NCBI RefSeq assembly: GCF_009914755.1
Contig: NC_060926.1
DNA from: the human T2T-CHM13v2.0 reference genome, Homo sapiens
Length of the DNA stretch: 64,000 nucleotides
Strand: one strand, 5' to 3'
A model generated the notes under the pieces. It did not search any database. It was not told where the DNA came from and worked only from the letters and a program-made list of their open reading frames with translations. The translations under genes were made by a program, and so were the position numbers. Numbering within the stretch: position 1 is the first letter of the stretch; every line of letters begins with the position of its first letter. Positions 13,395-27,519 of the stretch are shown one piece after another.

Positions 13395-14530
13395 TACCAA
13401 CATAAAATTAAAGACTGATACATTATACTACATTGAGATGTTTTGATCCTCAAAAGACATCATAAAGAAAGTGAAAAGACCAGCTGCAAAGTAGGAGATG
13501 ATGAATGTAACACCAGTAACTGAAAAAATCCTAGTATTAAGAACTCCTCAAATCAATACGAAAAAATCTAACCAATAAATATGAGCAAAGGCACAAACAG
13601 GCATTTCACAGGAAAGGAGACACATAGGATGAATAAATATGTGGAAATGGAAGCTGATTCCACAGTGTGATGCCATCTTACATGCATCTGAGTGGCAAAA
13701 TTTAAGAAGTTTGACATTTCTATGTTTTGAAAAGAATGTAGAACAATGGTTTTTCTGCTACTTTGCTATGGAAATGTAAACTGCTGTAATCATTTTGAAA
13801 AGCAAGTTGCAATTCTTTTTTTGTTTTTAAGAGACTAGGTCTCACTGTTTTGCCTAGGCTGGAGTGCTGTGGCTTTTCATAGGCATGATCATAGCACACT
13901 ATGGCCTCAAACTCCTTGTCTCAAGGGATCCTCCTGCCTCAGCCTCCCAAGCAGCTGGGACTACAGGTATGTGACACCATGCCTGGCTGTGATTCTTTTA
14001 TAAATTTGAATATTCACATTTGCTAGCATCCAGCAATTTCCTTGTAGGTATATACCTAAGAGAAAATCTTGCTTATGTGTACCAGAAGATGTGTATAAGA
14101 ATATTTACAGCCAGTACTCTTTCTAATAAAAAATCAAATAACTCATACAGATACTGACAGGGGAATGGATTAGTAAACTGTGGAATAGTGACATAAACAA
14201 ATATTATATAATTGTGAAAGTGAATGAATTTAATCATAGTATGGATAAATAATATCAACATAATTCTAAATGGGAAAAATAAGTCTGATACATAGAGTTT
14301 GATGATAACGTGGTGTTAAAGATTAAGAAAACTAAATGATACATTGTTATATACACACATAAATGCAATATTATGATGAACCCCAGATTCAGGATGTTGG
14401 TTACCCCTGGTGGGGAAGAGGAGACAGAAGGATGACATATGGAGGAACATAAGATAAATATTAATTGGTGGAAAGGTTTCAGTTCTGGTTTAGGTGGTGT
14501 GTTATAGAAAGTCTTTATGTTTTTAAACAA
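13395..14530 (+). mobile_element. Old L1 (L1M) ORF2-end/3'UTR fragment, interrupted by a FAM
   Basis: 'aaagaaagtgaaaagac','gaactcctcaaatcaata','gcaaaggcacaaacaggcatttcaca','ggaaatgtaaact','ccagcaatttc...aggtatatacctaagaga'. Confidence 0.75.
13820..13987 (-). mobile_element. FAM (fossil Alu monomer, 7SL-derived)
   Basis: Monomer whose minus strand reads 'gtgtgctatgatcatgcctatgaaaagccacagcactccagcc', keeping the 7SL-type GTGAATAGCC segment that dimeric Alus lack. TSD tg(ca/tg)attctttt at 13808-13819 and 13988-13999. Confidence 0.8.
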
Positions 14531-16415
14531 ATACTAAAGATGCAATGTCATGCAGTGCCCAAGGATGGCCAATGAGTGTGCCATTGCTGATTCAATTCAA
14601 TTCTACATCTCTTTCCTGAAACACACGTTCATTACGTTTTTACCATGCATGTGCATCTCATGTGGCTGCGTACTCCTGGTGTGTGGGAGAGCAAGCTGGA
14701 GGGGAAAGAAAGAAGAGTAGGGTGAGCCTTGATTAGTTTATAATTGACTGCTAATGTTGGAGAAGGATCACTTGAAGTGATGTTCGATCTTGAGAAAGTC
14801 ACTGCCCTACTTTGCCTCAGTTTCCCCAGCTTTGAAAAGGGAAATGCATTCAGTGGCTTGGAATTCGCCTTCCTTCTGTGACTCCTCTTCTCTGCAGACA
14901 TTTTTCTCAGGCTTCTCTTCTGTGTCTGTGTCCCTGTCACTGCCACAGAGACCACACCCCAAACACACCCAGGCCATCAGTCTGGGGAAGTGGAACCCAG
15001 CAGCCACGGGCAGAATTCTGGCTCCTGCTCCTGTTGGCATCTATGTTTTCTGCTCCGACTGTCCAACCACATTTGTTAATCACACAATTTAGTGCCCTGT
15101 AAACAGGGCCACTGTTTCACTTCCCCACAGGCATTCTTGGAAATAGCAGCTGAGGAAGATTTGTTTCTAGTCATGAACCAAATATGAAGGTCACATGATT
15201 TTGTGATATTTTTTCCTTACCAGAGAAATATGGGAGGCTTAAGTAGGCCAACCTTCCAATTAATCCTAAGAACAGCTGCCTTCGAGGTGGGTGAGCCCGA
15301 ATATGATTCATTTTCCTAGTCATTTATCAAGGAAAAGAAACGGTCCATTGGCCTCCAATAGCTTTAATTCATTGGAGGCTAAACTATAGCACAGCTGGTA
15401 GACCCCAGCTTCACAGGCGTGATCCAGACTGTGACCTGTATTCACCTTTGCTTTTGAGTGGAAATGTTAGACTATATAAATAGTGCACGTGGACACACAC
15501 ACAGTGCAGGAGTTGGCATCTTCCTGCCAGTGACAGCACTGTGGGAAGCCCCAAGTGGCCTTGCCCAGGTGCACTTATAATTGCTCCTGTTTCTCCTTGG
15601 CTATCGTAGCCTCATTTGTCTAATTCTTAGCTCTGCTGAGCAGAGGGCTTTTCCAGTCATCCATGCAATGGAATGGTGGCCTGTCAGGAGTGGATGGATG
15701 TAGGAAGGGCTAAATGGAGATTTCCATCTCCACGTTTATTTCAAAACTTAACTCTGGAGTGAAGTGACCTTTTCAAAATCCTGGGAACGCTCATCATCTC
15801 CACTAAGTGGGTGAGGAGGTCACTTTGGTCTAGGTTTTCCAAATTTCTTGGGCTTTGCCTGATGGATTCCCCATGATCAGAATGAATCCCAAGAGAGAAG
15901 TCTTTCACCCTGGCAGGAAATAGATTAGTTAGGGACAGACCTATGAATTTTTTTTCTGGAATGACGGTGATGTTCAGTTTCAGTAGTGACACACTAAGGG
16001 AGCTAAAAATCTAGCAAAAAACAAAACAAAACAAAAAAACAATGTTTTGAAGGACTGAGCTGATCCTGACCAATGGGTCGGGGCTCTGCAGACTTTGGTG
16101 ATATGGAACAAGGGAAAGGATAAGAGAACAACAGTGGAGTCATCTCAGAGATTATCTTTCTGGAAGATGACTTAGGGGTTTTCATTCCAGTTTCCAGGGA
16201 TGTAAATGAAGGGAGATCCTGTGTGCCTGGAAAGACATATTCAAGGTCACTTTTCCCAAAGGCATTGTGCCCCTGGCTTGAGGCCGGGATGCCTGTCCCG
16301 AGCAGAGTCGGCTCTGCCCTAGACCTCTTCCTGGTGATTCTGTCCATGCCATCAGCCGCTACACACCTGTTGAAGGCTCCCAAATCACTGGAGTCATCCC
16401 AGACCTCTCTCCTGG

Positions 16416-16716
16416 TTTGTTTGTTTGAGATGGAGTCTCACTCTGTCGCCCAGGCTGGAGTGCAGTGGCACAATCTCAGCTCACTGCAACCTCTGCTTCC
16501 CAGGTTCAAGCAATCCCCCTGCCTCAGCCTCCTGAGTAGCTGGGATTACAAGTGTATGCCACCATGCCTGGTTATTTATTTATTTATATATTTTTTAGTA
16601 GAGATGGGGTTTCACCATGTTGGCCAGCCTGGGCTTGAACTCCCGATCTCAAGTGATCTGCTCACCTCAGCCTCCCAAAGTGCTGGGATTACAGGCGTGA
16701 ACCACCATGCCCTACC
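16416..16716 (-). mobile_element. AluS full length
   Basis: Antisense Alu with a (GTTT)n tail and TSD tctctcctgg; explains the C-terminal half of ORF 16223..16792. Confidence 0.95.
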
Positions 16717-16888
16717 TCTCTCCTGGGTTTTTGACTCATGCATCCAACAGACTCCTAGTTCTTATCCATTTCAGACCTTATGTCTGATTTAAATTCCCTG
16801 TCTTTCCCTGAACCCACTTGTCCTCTGATCTCTTGGGACTGCCACCACCAATTACCAATTCACCTGGGCTAGACTTTGGATGTCATCT

Positions 16889-17316
16889 TGTATTAGTCAG
16901 GGTTCGCTAGAGAAACAGAACCAATCAGATATGTGTCTGTGTCTATAGAAAGAGATTTATTAAAAGGAATTAGCTCACATGATTATGGATGCTAACACAT
17001 CCCCAAGATCTTTAGGGTGAGTAGGCAAGTTGGAGACCCAGGAAGAGCAAACATTTCAGTTCAAGTCCAAAGGGAGGAAAAATCCACTGTTTCAGTGTGA
17101 AGGTCATTAGGCAGGAGGAATTCTCTTGCTTTCGGGAAGCTCAGCCCTTTTGTTCTATTCAGGCCTTCAACTGATCAAATATTGCCCACGTTAAGGAGGG
17201 CAATCTGCTTTACTAATCTCAAGCAAAAACAGCCTCACATAAACACCCAGAGAAATATTCGTATATCTGAGTGCCCTGTGGCCTAGTCAGGTTGGTTCAT
17301 AACATCAACCATTGCA
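16889..17316 (-). mobile_element. MLT2 (ERVL) solo LTR, inserted in L2-like sequence
   Basis: 'tgtattagtcagggttcgctagagaaacagaaccaat...agagatttatt...ggaattagctcacatgattatgga...caggccttcaactgat...agggcaatctgcttta'. Confidence 0.85.
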
Positions 17317-17989
17317 TCTTCCCAGGCCCCATGTCAGTCATCACGTCTTGCTTCCTGCCAGTATCTCTCCTCTCTGCCCCTTCTTCCTTTTCTACTGGGC
17401 CTGCAACAGTTCAGCCAAAAAGCAGCACTTTCCAATAACCTCCAAATCAGACTTCCTGCTCCTTCTTCCTCCACATCCAGCCTTTCCACTGCCCCAGTGC
17501 AAGATCTGAGACACACCCCTCACTTTCGACCCTCAATGGCTCTCTGTCCCTCTGTTTCCTACAAAGTAACAGCCAATCTCTGTTCATGGCACTCACAGCT
17601 CTGCATGGTCCAGTCCTAACTCCTTTCTAGCTTAAGTTCCCATTTCATTCCCACAGATACTCCGCTTCCACAGCAGCAAGTTCCTCCTCACTTTTCAAGC
17701 ACTCCTGTTCCTATACTCTCTCATCACAGTATTTCCATATTTTTGAGAATACTTATTGCTCATTTCATATCTTCAAGAGCTGATAGGCAGCTGGTCAGAC
17801 TTCTCGGCTCCTGAGGTTAAGTGGGCCACTCACAGGTCTTTGCATTTTGACACTGGCCTCTTTACCCTGACTCTGTCATGTCATTTCAATCTCTTGCAAG
17901 TGTGTGCACACTGCCTTATTCTAGAAGATATGATTGGTGTGTGGGATTCATCTCTGTGCAGTTTAATGCAAGTTCTCTCAGCAAAGAAT

Positions 17990-18200
17990 GGACATTAGAT
18001 TCAGAAGAACTGTGTGTGAATCCTGACTCTAATACTTTCTTGCTGTGTGATGTGGAGAGACGCTTAACCTTTCTGAACAACAGTTCCTATATCTGCACAA
18101 CAATGTAAAAAATTTCATTTCAATGTTATGAATAGTAAAGAAAATAGGTGCACAAATGCCCGAACAGCATCTGGATTCTAGTGCATATTCATAGCCCTTG
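17990..18200 (+). mobile_element. MIR
   Basis: 'gaatcctgactctaatactttcttgctgtgtgatgtggagagacgcttaacctttctga'. Confidence 0.6.
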
Positions 18201-19542
18201 TTAGACAGAAGGGAAAGTGAATTTACCACCCTTCTCTTTTAAGATATTTAGTTATCACATATGGGATGTTAGTTTTCTTATGTATTATTTTCCCCTCATT
18301 TTACTTTGGTTCTCCTTAATGCACTCAATCCTCAACACAACTTTTAGGAGGGCTTGAATTCATGTTACATGCTAGTAATCTCTCTTTCTTTTTTTTATGG
18401 CTATTTGACTTGAATTCCCACTTGAGAACTAACGCTGACCAGTGTAAAACTTTTACGCTACAGAAGTATGCAACATCCTGTTGCCAACCACCATCAAACA
18501 CGGCTCTGTGATGCGATGTGACTTCCATAAGGTGACAAGGGTGCCACTCTCTAGGCTTTGAAGGAACCAGTGTGAACCCCCACTCTGATTCTCCTCAGAA
18601 GAAACGAAGTGTTGAAAATTAGATTCAGCTGCAAGTGTTTGCAGCGTCACATTCAGAAAGACAGATCAGAAGCTGCTAGAGGCTATTTTCAGAGAACTCC
18701 TAATAGGTACAGAACCAAAATACAGACATGGTTGTTAACACTCTGGGAAATGCCAACTTCAAGCTGGATCTGAGCCAGCAGAGAAATTGAAAGTCCTAGA
18801 TAGCTTATCTCAGAGCAAATCTGTATTATGTAGAAAGTGTGAGATGCAATTATACGGGAGAATTATATAGGAGTGCTCGTTCTCTGCTGTGCATCGCCAT
18901 GGTGCCTTGAAACTGACGATATCAAGGTGCGTTTGACATTTCCTAAATCTTTATTTCCCTGGAGCAGGTCATTGTTCTTCCCTGTATTCTTTCTTATGCC
19001 TCCTCTTTAAACTCTACCCATTTTCTCTGGTCTGTCTCATGCTTTCCCAGGGCTTCACTCACCGTATATCCCTAAACGAATAACTCATTATATATTTCTA
19101 GCCTTGAATTTCTTTTGAACTTCAGACCTGCGTTTCAAGTTCCCCACAAGGCACCTAAATTCAATACCTCTTCTTCCGCCTCTGTTACCCAGCATTTGAG
19201 CACAAGTTCTTTGACTTCAAGCTGAGATCTTTTTGCTCTTTAAAACAACAACTTTCCTAAGGTACCTTTGCTAACTGAGATTAAACCACCCATTTAGAAT
19301 ATTCTCTTGGAAAGGTAAGAGAATCAGGTCTGTAGCATTGATTAGAATTTGGATTCAGAACCTGGGATCAAGTCTCAGCTCTGCTGCCCTGCAGGAGCAC
19401 GGCTCTCATCTTTTTCATCGATGAAATGATGATCTGTAAAGGATGATAGCTGATAAGAAATGAGTCATTATGTTGTGATTACTGTGTGCAGGCTCTGTTC
19501 CCGGTGCCATACATATGTGTGGCACTTTGTATATATACAAAC

Positions 19543-19970
19543 TGTTAAAGCAATGTAAATATGGCCTGAGAAGGACTCCGTATTTCTCTGTTCGGGTCCT
19601 GTGGATAAACTGAAACCTAACTTCATAGGCAGACAAGATTGAAAACCTAACTTAGGAGTATGTGCCTGTAACAACAGCTGAGTCTTGGCCAATCCCAGTG
19701 GCCATACTTCAACCACTCATCGATTGCTAAGTGTTTAAACTACGTTTAAATATGGCAAATGCCAACCTGTAACCAATCCAGCTGTTTCTGTACCTCACTG
19801 CCGATTTCTGTATATCACTTCCCTTTTTTGTCTATAAATTTGTTCTGACCACGAGGCATATCTGGAGTGTCTCTGAATCTACTGTGATTTTGAGGGCTGC
19901 CTGATTTGCAAATCATTTATTGCTCAATTAAACTCTTTTAAATGTAATTCAACTGAAGTTTTACTTTTAC
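19543..19970 (+). mobile_element. ERV1 solo LTR, MER57A-like
   Basis: 'tgttaaagc...aaatatggcctgagaaggactccgta','gctgagtcttggccaatcccag','aacctgtaaccaatccagctgtttctgtacctcac','gtctataaatttgttctgaccacgagg','attgctcaattaaactc'. Confidence 0.85.
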
Positions 19971-21534
19971 TCTATGAGGATCGTGCTATTATTCAAATTC
20001 TAGGGAATGAAGTTACTGAGTTCGTGGAACCGCCTCCCTTATATGTTTGTCATGGGTTACATGCCACACCATGCAGGGTGCTCCTAGTTCCGTGCCTGAC
20101 ATATAGTAGATTAGTGTTCCTTGCCCTTTAAATTCCACCTTACCCCACCCAACAAGATTTTAAGCTTTGCTTGATGTCCGTTGTAGCTTAAATGTATGCA
20201 TTTTGAGTTTTACAACAAATATATCAAGCATAGAATATAGTTCTTCAAATGTTCTGTGCCTCTTTGCAGATTTCCATTCATCCTCAGGGGGATATACGCA
20301 CCTCTTGAGGTTGAGACCAGTCTCCTATGGAGGTGGTAAGTCACAGGAATGACCATTTTCTAATTTGACATCATTCTCTTTCTTCTGAAGGCCCTTTCTG
20401 GGGTTGTCAGGGCATAAAGGAAGAACTTCAGGAGACTCACTTCTGGAAAGTACTTCAATTCTGAAGTCCAGGTTTCTTTACTGGAATGCGATGGTGTTGA
20501 CGCATCAGGGCCACAGGTGCATGGCCCTGAATTTCAGCTAAGTTATCCCCACGTGGCTGCAGGTCTCCCCAGCTCATCCCTCACCCATATTTGAGAAGGG
20601 CATGGCTGGTAGGGGGCAGTGCAGCCTGAGGTCAGAGAGCAGTTAGGCTTGGGTAGGTAACAGGGCCACACAGAGCTGATTTGATAGTCTTGGTTTTAAG
20701 TACAAAATCGTGATGTTGTTAGAACTCAGCCCATCCAAGTCCATGGCTCCACTGATTCTGTCAGTACTGTCAATTCTCCCAGTATAATCTACCATTACGA
20801 TTTTCATAGGAAGATGCAATAAGAGATAAGTCAGAATGCAGAGCTGAAGGCAGAACTTAAATAAGATATTTTGTTTTTCCATGTATCCTTGGGAGAGACA
20901 AAGGTGCAGTCTTGCCTTAGGCTGTGGATGGGATTTGGAGGAGTTGGGAGGGAGTGGGAGCTGGGGAGAGCCAGCCCCTGGCATCTCCTGGCATGGAGGT
21001 GACAGCCAAGGTCAAGGGCATACCTGTGTGTTCAAAAGATGTGGGGAAATTCCACATGGGCAGTGTTTAGGTTCTGACTTACCTAAAATGAACCAGTTAA
21101 CATAAATGTGACTATGATGTAAAGGTATGAAAGAGGCCTTCACAGCCTTTCCCCTCAGAACCTTGTATACTTATGGTGGCTTTGTTTTGTTGACCAAGAA
21201 GATGACTGAAAAGGCGAATGGTAAGAAACAGGTCCAAATTTTCCATAAAGTATCAAGAAAGAAATGGGAGAAGACAGGGCCTGGAGAGCCAGTTGGTCTA
21301 CAGATTTTAGAGAGAAATTAGAAATGAATCAGAGAAGGGAGATTTTAGAGAAGAGTAGCTGTCAAAGTATGTAAGATTTGGGGATAATAAAGTTTCTTTT
21401 AGAATTTTTGCTGTGTGTCTGAAAATGTAATTTTCCCATTGGTACCTCTGAGGAAATCCATTTCACATTTAAAGTGTTTTTTTCTGAAGCTTCTCCCCTT
21501 CTTCCTTGGGGTTGGGTGTGTCTTTTGGATACAG

Positions 21535-22275
21535 GGCAGTGTGGTATGATGGTTAAAGGCACAGCCTCTTTAACCAGACTGCCAGGCATGTTCTAGCTTT
21601 ACTGCTCCATAGCAGTGTGACTTTGAGCAAGTATCGAATGCCTTTGTGCCTCAGTTTCCTCATCCATGATATAGGGATACTCATCATATTCCCCCAACAG
21701 AATTGCATGTGGTGTAATTTGAAACTGACCCAATTGCTCCATAGAACTGATGTTTATAGATTATTTTGAATAAGCATAGAAATTGACATTCCCCATCTTG
21801 AAACTTGAGAAACTGACATTTGTCTTATCTGAGTTCCTTTCCCAGGAAACCATCAGTCAGGCCACTCAGATAGTATCAAGTAACTGAAATGTACCAGATC
21901 ACCGCATCTGGGCAATGAGAAGTCAGACCCCTTGCCTATCATGACTGCCTAACCGACCACCTGCTACCTGTTGACCAGCTCCTCTTCCTTACCCCTCCCT
22001 AATTCCTGTTTTTATGCATGTAGATACATTTCTTCCCTGCTATATAAACCCCTAATTTTAGTCAGCCAGGGAGATGGATTTGAGACTAAGCTCCCATCTC
22101 CTCAGCTGTAGCACCTGATTAAAGCCTTCTTCCCTGGCAATACTTGTTCTATCAGTGATTGGCTTTCTGTGCAGTGAGCAGCAGAACCTAGACCAAAACC
22201 CTAGTGTTTCAGTAACAAAATGAGGTATCACTTGCAGAGCATGGAGGGCAGTGCTGGGACACAGTGAGAGCCATG
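21535..22275 (+). mobile_element. MIR split by an LTR insertion
   Basis: 5' part 21535-21719 ('gtgtgactttgagcaag...tgcctcagtttcctcatc') resumes at 22218 ('aaatgaggtatcac...cagtgctgggacacagtgag'). Confidence 0.7.
21720..22217 (+). mobile_element. ERV solo LTR (LTR47-like; subfamily uncertain)
   Basis: TG...CA ends ('tgaaactgacccaat'...'gtttcagtaaca'), TATA 'gctatataaacccct', poly(A) signal 'attaaagccttct'. Confidence 0.75.
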
Positions 22276-23835
22276 AAAGACTGGATTGTTGAATTGTAAT
22301 GTGACACCTTGTTGGCACCAGCTGCAGTGGGAATTTCAAGGAGTAATTATATCAGATTTTTGACTCATTTTCTGTGATATTGCTTATTAAATAATAGCTA
22401 TGGATCCAAGTCAAGAATTCACCACTGATATTTCTGTCGGCTCTAGGGTGCAAGGGGTGTGGATTAACCCTGTCGTAGGGTGTGGTGGGACTTGAAGTAC
22501 CACCCTAGAGACAAAGGGAGACTGGGCAGGGTGCTGAGCTGGGAAAAGAAGATTTAAAAACAAAAAATGAAAGTAATCATGATAATCAGCTAATTCTGTC
22601 TTCAGGACTGGATATTTCAGATGGAGGAGTGGTTTATCCAGCATTATAATTCACTCGTATGAGAAATTCTCTGAATTTCTCCTGGCAAAACTCCAAGCTT
22701 GATGGTTGCCTGATTTCTTAGCAGAGCTGAATGCTGTCTGGAAGGGGAGGTCAGATGTGGCTGAGGAGCCTGCACTAAGTCGAGGCTTGACTCTGTCCCA
22801 CAGCTGGAGAAGTGTTGGGGTAAGTGATGGGCAACAAAGGCTCAAGCCCCTTCTGGGAATTGACATGGAGGGCTGCTGGGAAGATGAACCGTAGGTACAA
22901 TGTGGTCTCCTGAAGGACCTGGTGCAGGGCTACATAGGTAACTGATCCCCAGCTGTGGGGCAGCTGACAATCAAAGGCCCTGTGCCCTCATTTGCTTCTA
23001 GTTTGATAGGGCTGGTCACAAGCAGAATTTCCATGGTAGCCTGATTCCTGCTGCCCACAGGACCGGCACAGTTGGGACATAGTTGGTAGCAAACCCTGCT
23101 CTGTCCAGGACTCTGGTGAGGTGGACACACTAGGCATTTTCTCTGCTGGTAGCAGGACATCTAGCAGCTGACAGCATTCAGAAGGGGAAAGACTTGGTGA
23201 CACTTTAGCATTCTCGCTTTTTTATGGAAGAAATACATCTCCTCTTTGTGAACATCCATACAGTTTACTAGTGGGTGACCCTAAAATGGGCAAAGATCAG
23301 AACACATGTGTGTTCTCAACGATTCCTTCTAGTTCCTCTCCCAATTCCCTCAAAGAGGACTTTGAGACTCTGGCAAGTCCAGACTACCTTTTGAATGCAT
23401 TTCGTGTGTCTCACCCTATACATCTCCCTTATGAAGGTTTTTCAGTGCTTTTTTTGGGTGGGTATATATCTTGCCACAATATTCACAGAGACAGGCCATG
23501 GTACAGCCTCAATTCAGCAATTGATGTTCTGGCTTCCATGACTCTGCCTGCTACTTTCCTTACCTGATAGGTGCACACACCTAAGTTACTCTGTGCTAAG
23601 AGGGAAAGGAAGACAGGAGCTAATACAATCAAGTATGGCAGCCAATGCCTAGCATAGTAAGGTGCCGTAGCAAGTGAGGCTGTGTCCATGCTTCCCATGC
23701 TGAGTAGGAAGTCTAAATCTGAAGGTATGGCCCTGAGAAGACAAATAAGAGGAGAACTACAAGAAAGCTGAGGCAAAGCAATGTCAGACCTAAGTGGCCT
23801 GTAGGGGACAATCTGAGATCGGAGGCTGCAGGGCC

Positions 23836-23861
23836 AAAAAAAAAAAAAAAAAAAAAAAAAA
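23836..23861 (+). repeat. Poly(A)26 mononucleotide tract
   Basis: Read directly; no Alu or L1 body precedes it. Confidence 0.95.
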
Positions 23862-24004
23862 GGTTTGAGAAAAATGAGAGGTTGGGGCAAAGTGGGCCAT
23901 GAAAACACAATACTCAAACTTAGAAGTTGGTTTAGTGTCGAGGTAAGTTTTGCAATCCCATTCACTTTTCTGGTGTATATATGTATAAAATTCTTAAAAG
24001 TAAC

Positions 24005-24315
24005 TGATATGATTTGGCCATGCCCCCATCCGTATCTCATCTGAAATTGTAGTTCCCATAATTCCCACATGTCATGGGAGGGACCCAGTGGGAGGTAATT
24101 GAGGCAGTTACTCCCATGCTGCTGTTCTCATGACAGTGAGTGAGTTCTCATGAGATCTGATGGTTTCATAAGGGGCTTTTTGCCCCCTTTGCTCATTCTT
24201 CTCCTTGCTGCTACCATGTGAAGAAGAACATGTTCGCTTCCCCTTCCACTGTGATTGTAAGTTTCCTGAGGCCTCCCAACCCTGCTGTACTGTGAGTCAA
24301 TTAAAACTCTTTCCT
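24005..24315 (+). mobile_element. THE1 (MaLR) solo LTR, 5' part (U3-R), split by the ST13 retrocopy
   Basis: 'tgatatgatttgg...aattgtagttcccataattcccacatgtcatgggagggacccagtgggaggtaattga...gagatctgatggttt...tgattgtaagtttcctgaggcctccc...tgtgagtcaattaaa'. Left TSD GTAAC at 24000-24004. Confidence 0.92.
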
Positions 24316-27451
<3,136 letters not shown>

Positions 27452-27519
27452 AAACCTCTTTCCTTTATAAATTATCCAGTCTTATGCTTTTATTAGCAGG
27501 GTGAGAACGGACTAATACA
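27452..27519 (+). mobile_element. THE1 solo LTR, 3' part (R-U5)
   Basis: 'aaacctctttcctttataaattatccagtc...tttattagcagggtgagaacggactaataca', followed by right TSD GTAAC at 27520-27524. Confidence 0.92.

Noticed and set aside
16223-16792. 189-aa ORF
   Set aside because: The second half is antisense Alu translation ([13 protein letters not shown]...). The same applies to ORFs near 4840, 5082, 8930, 29859, 31623, 47718 and 51774.
23483-24070. 195-aa minus-strand ORF
   Set aside because: It begins in the THE1 LTR, runs through the poly(A) tract (poly-Phe) and shows no protein-family signature.
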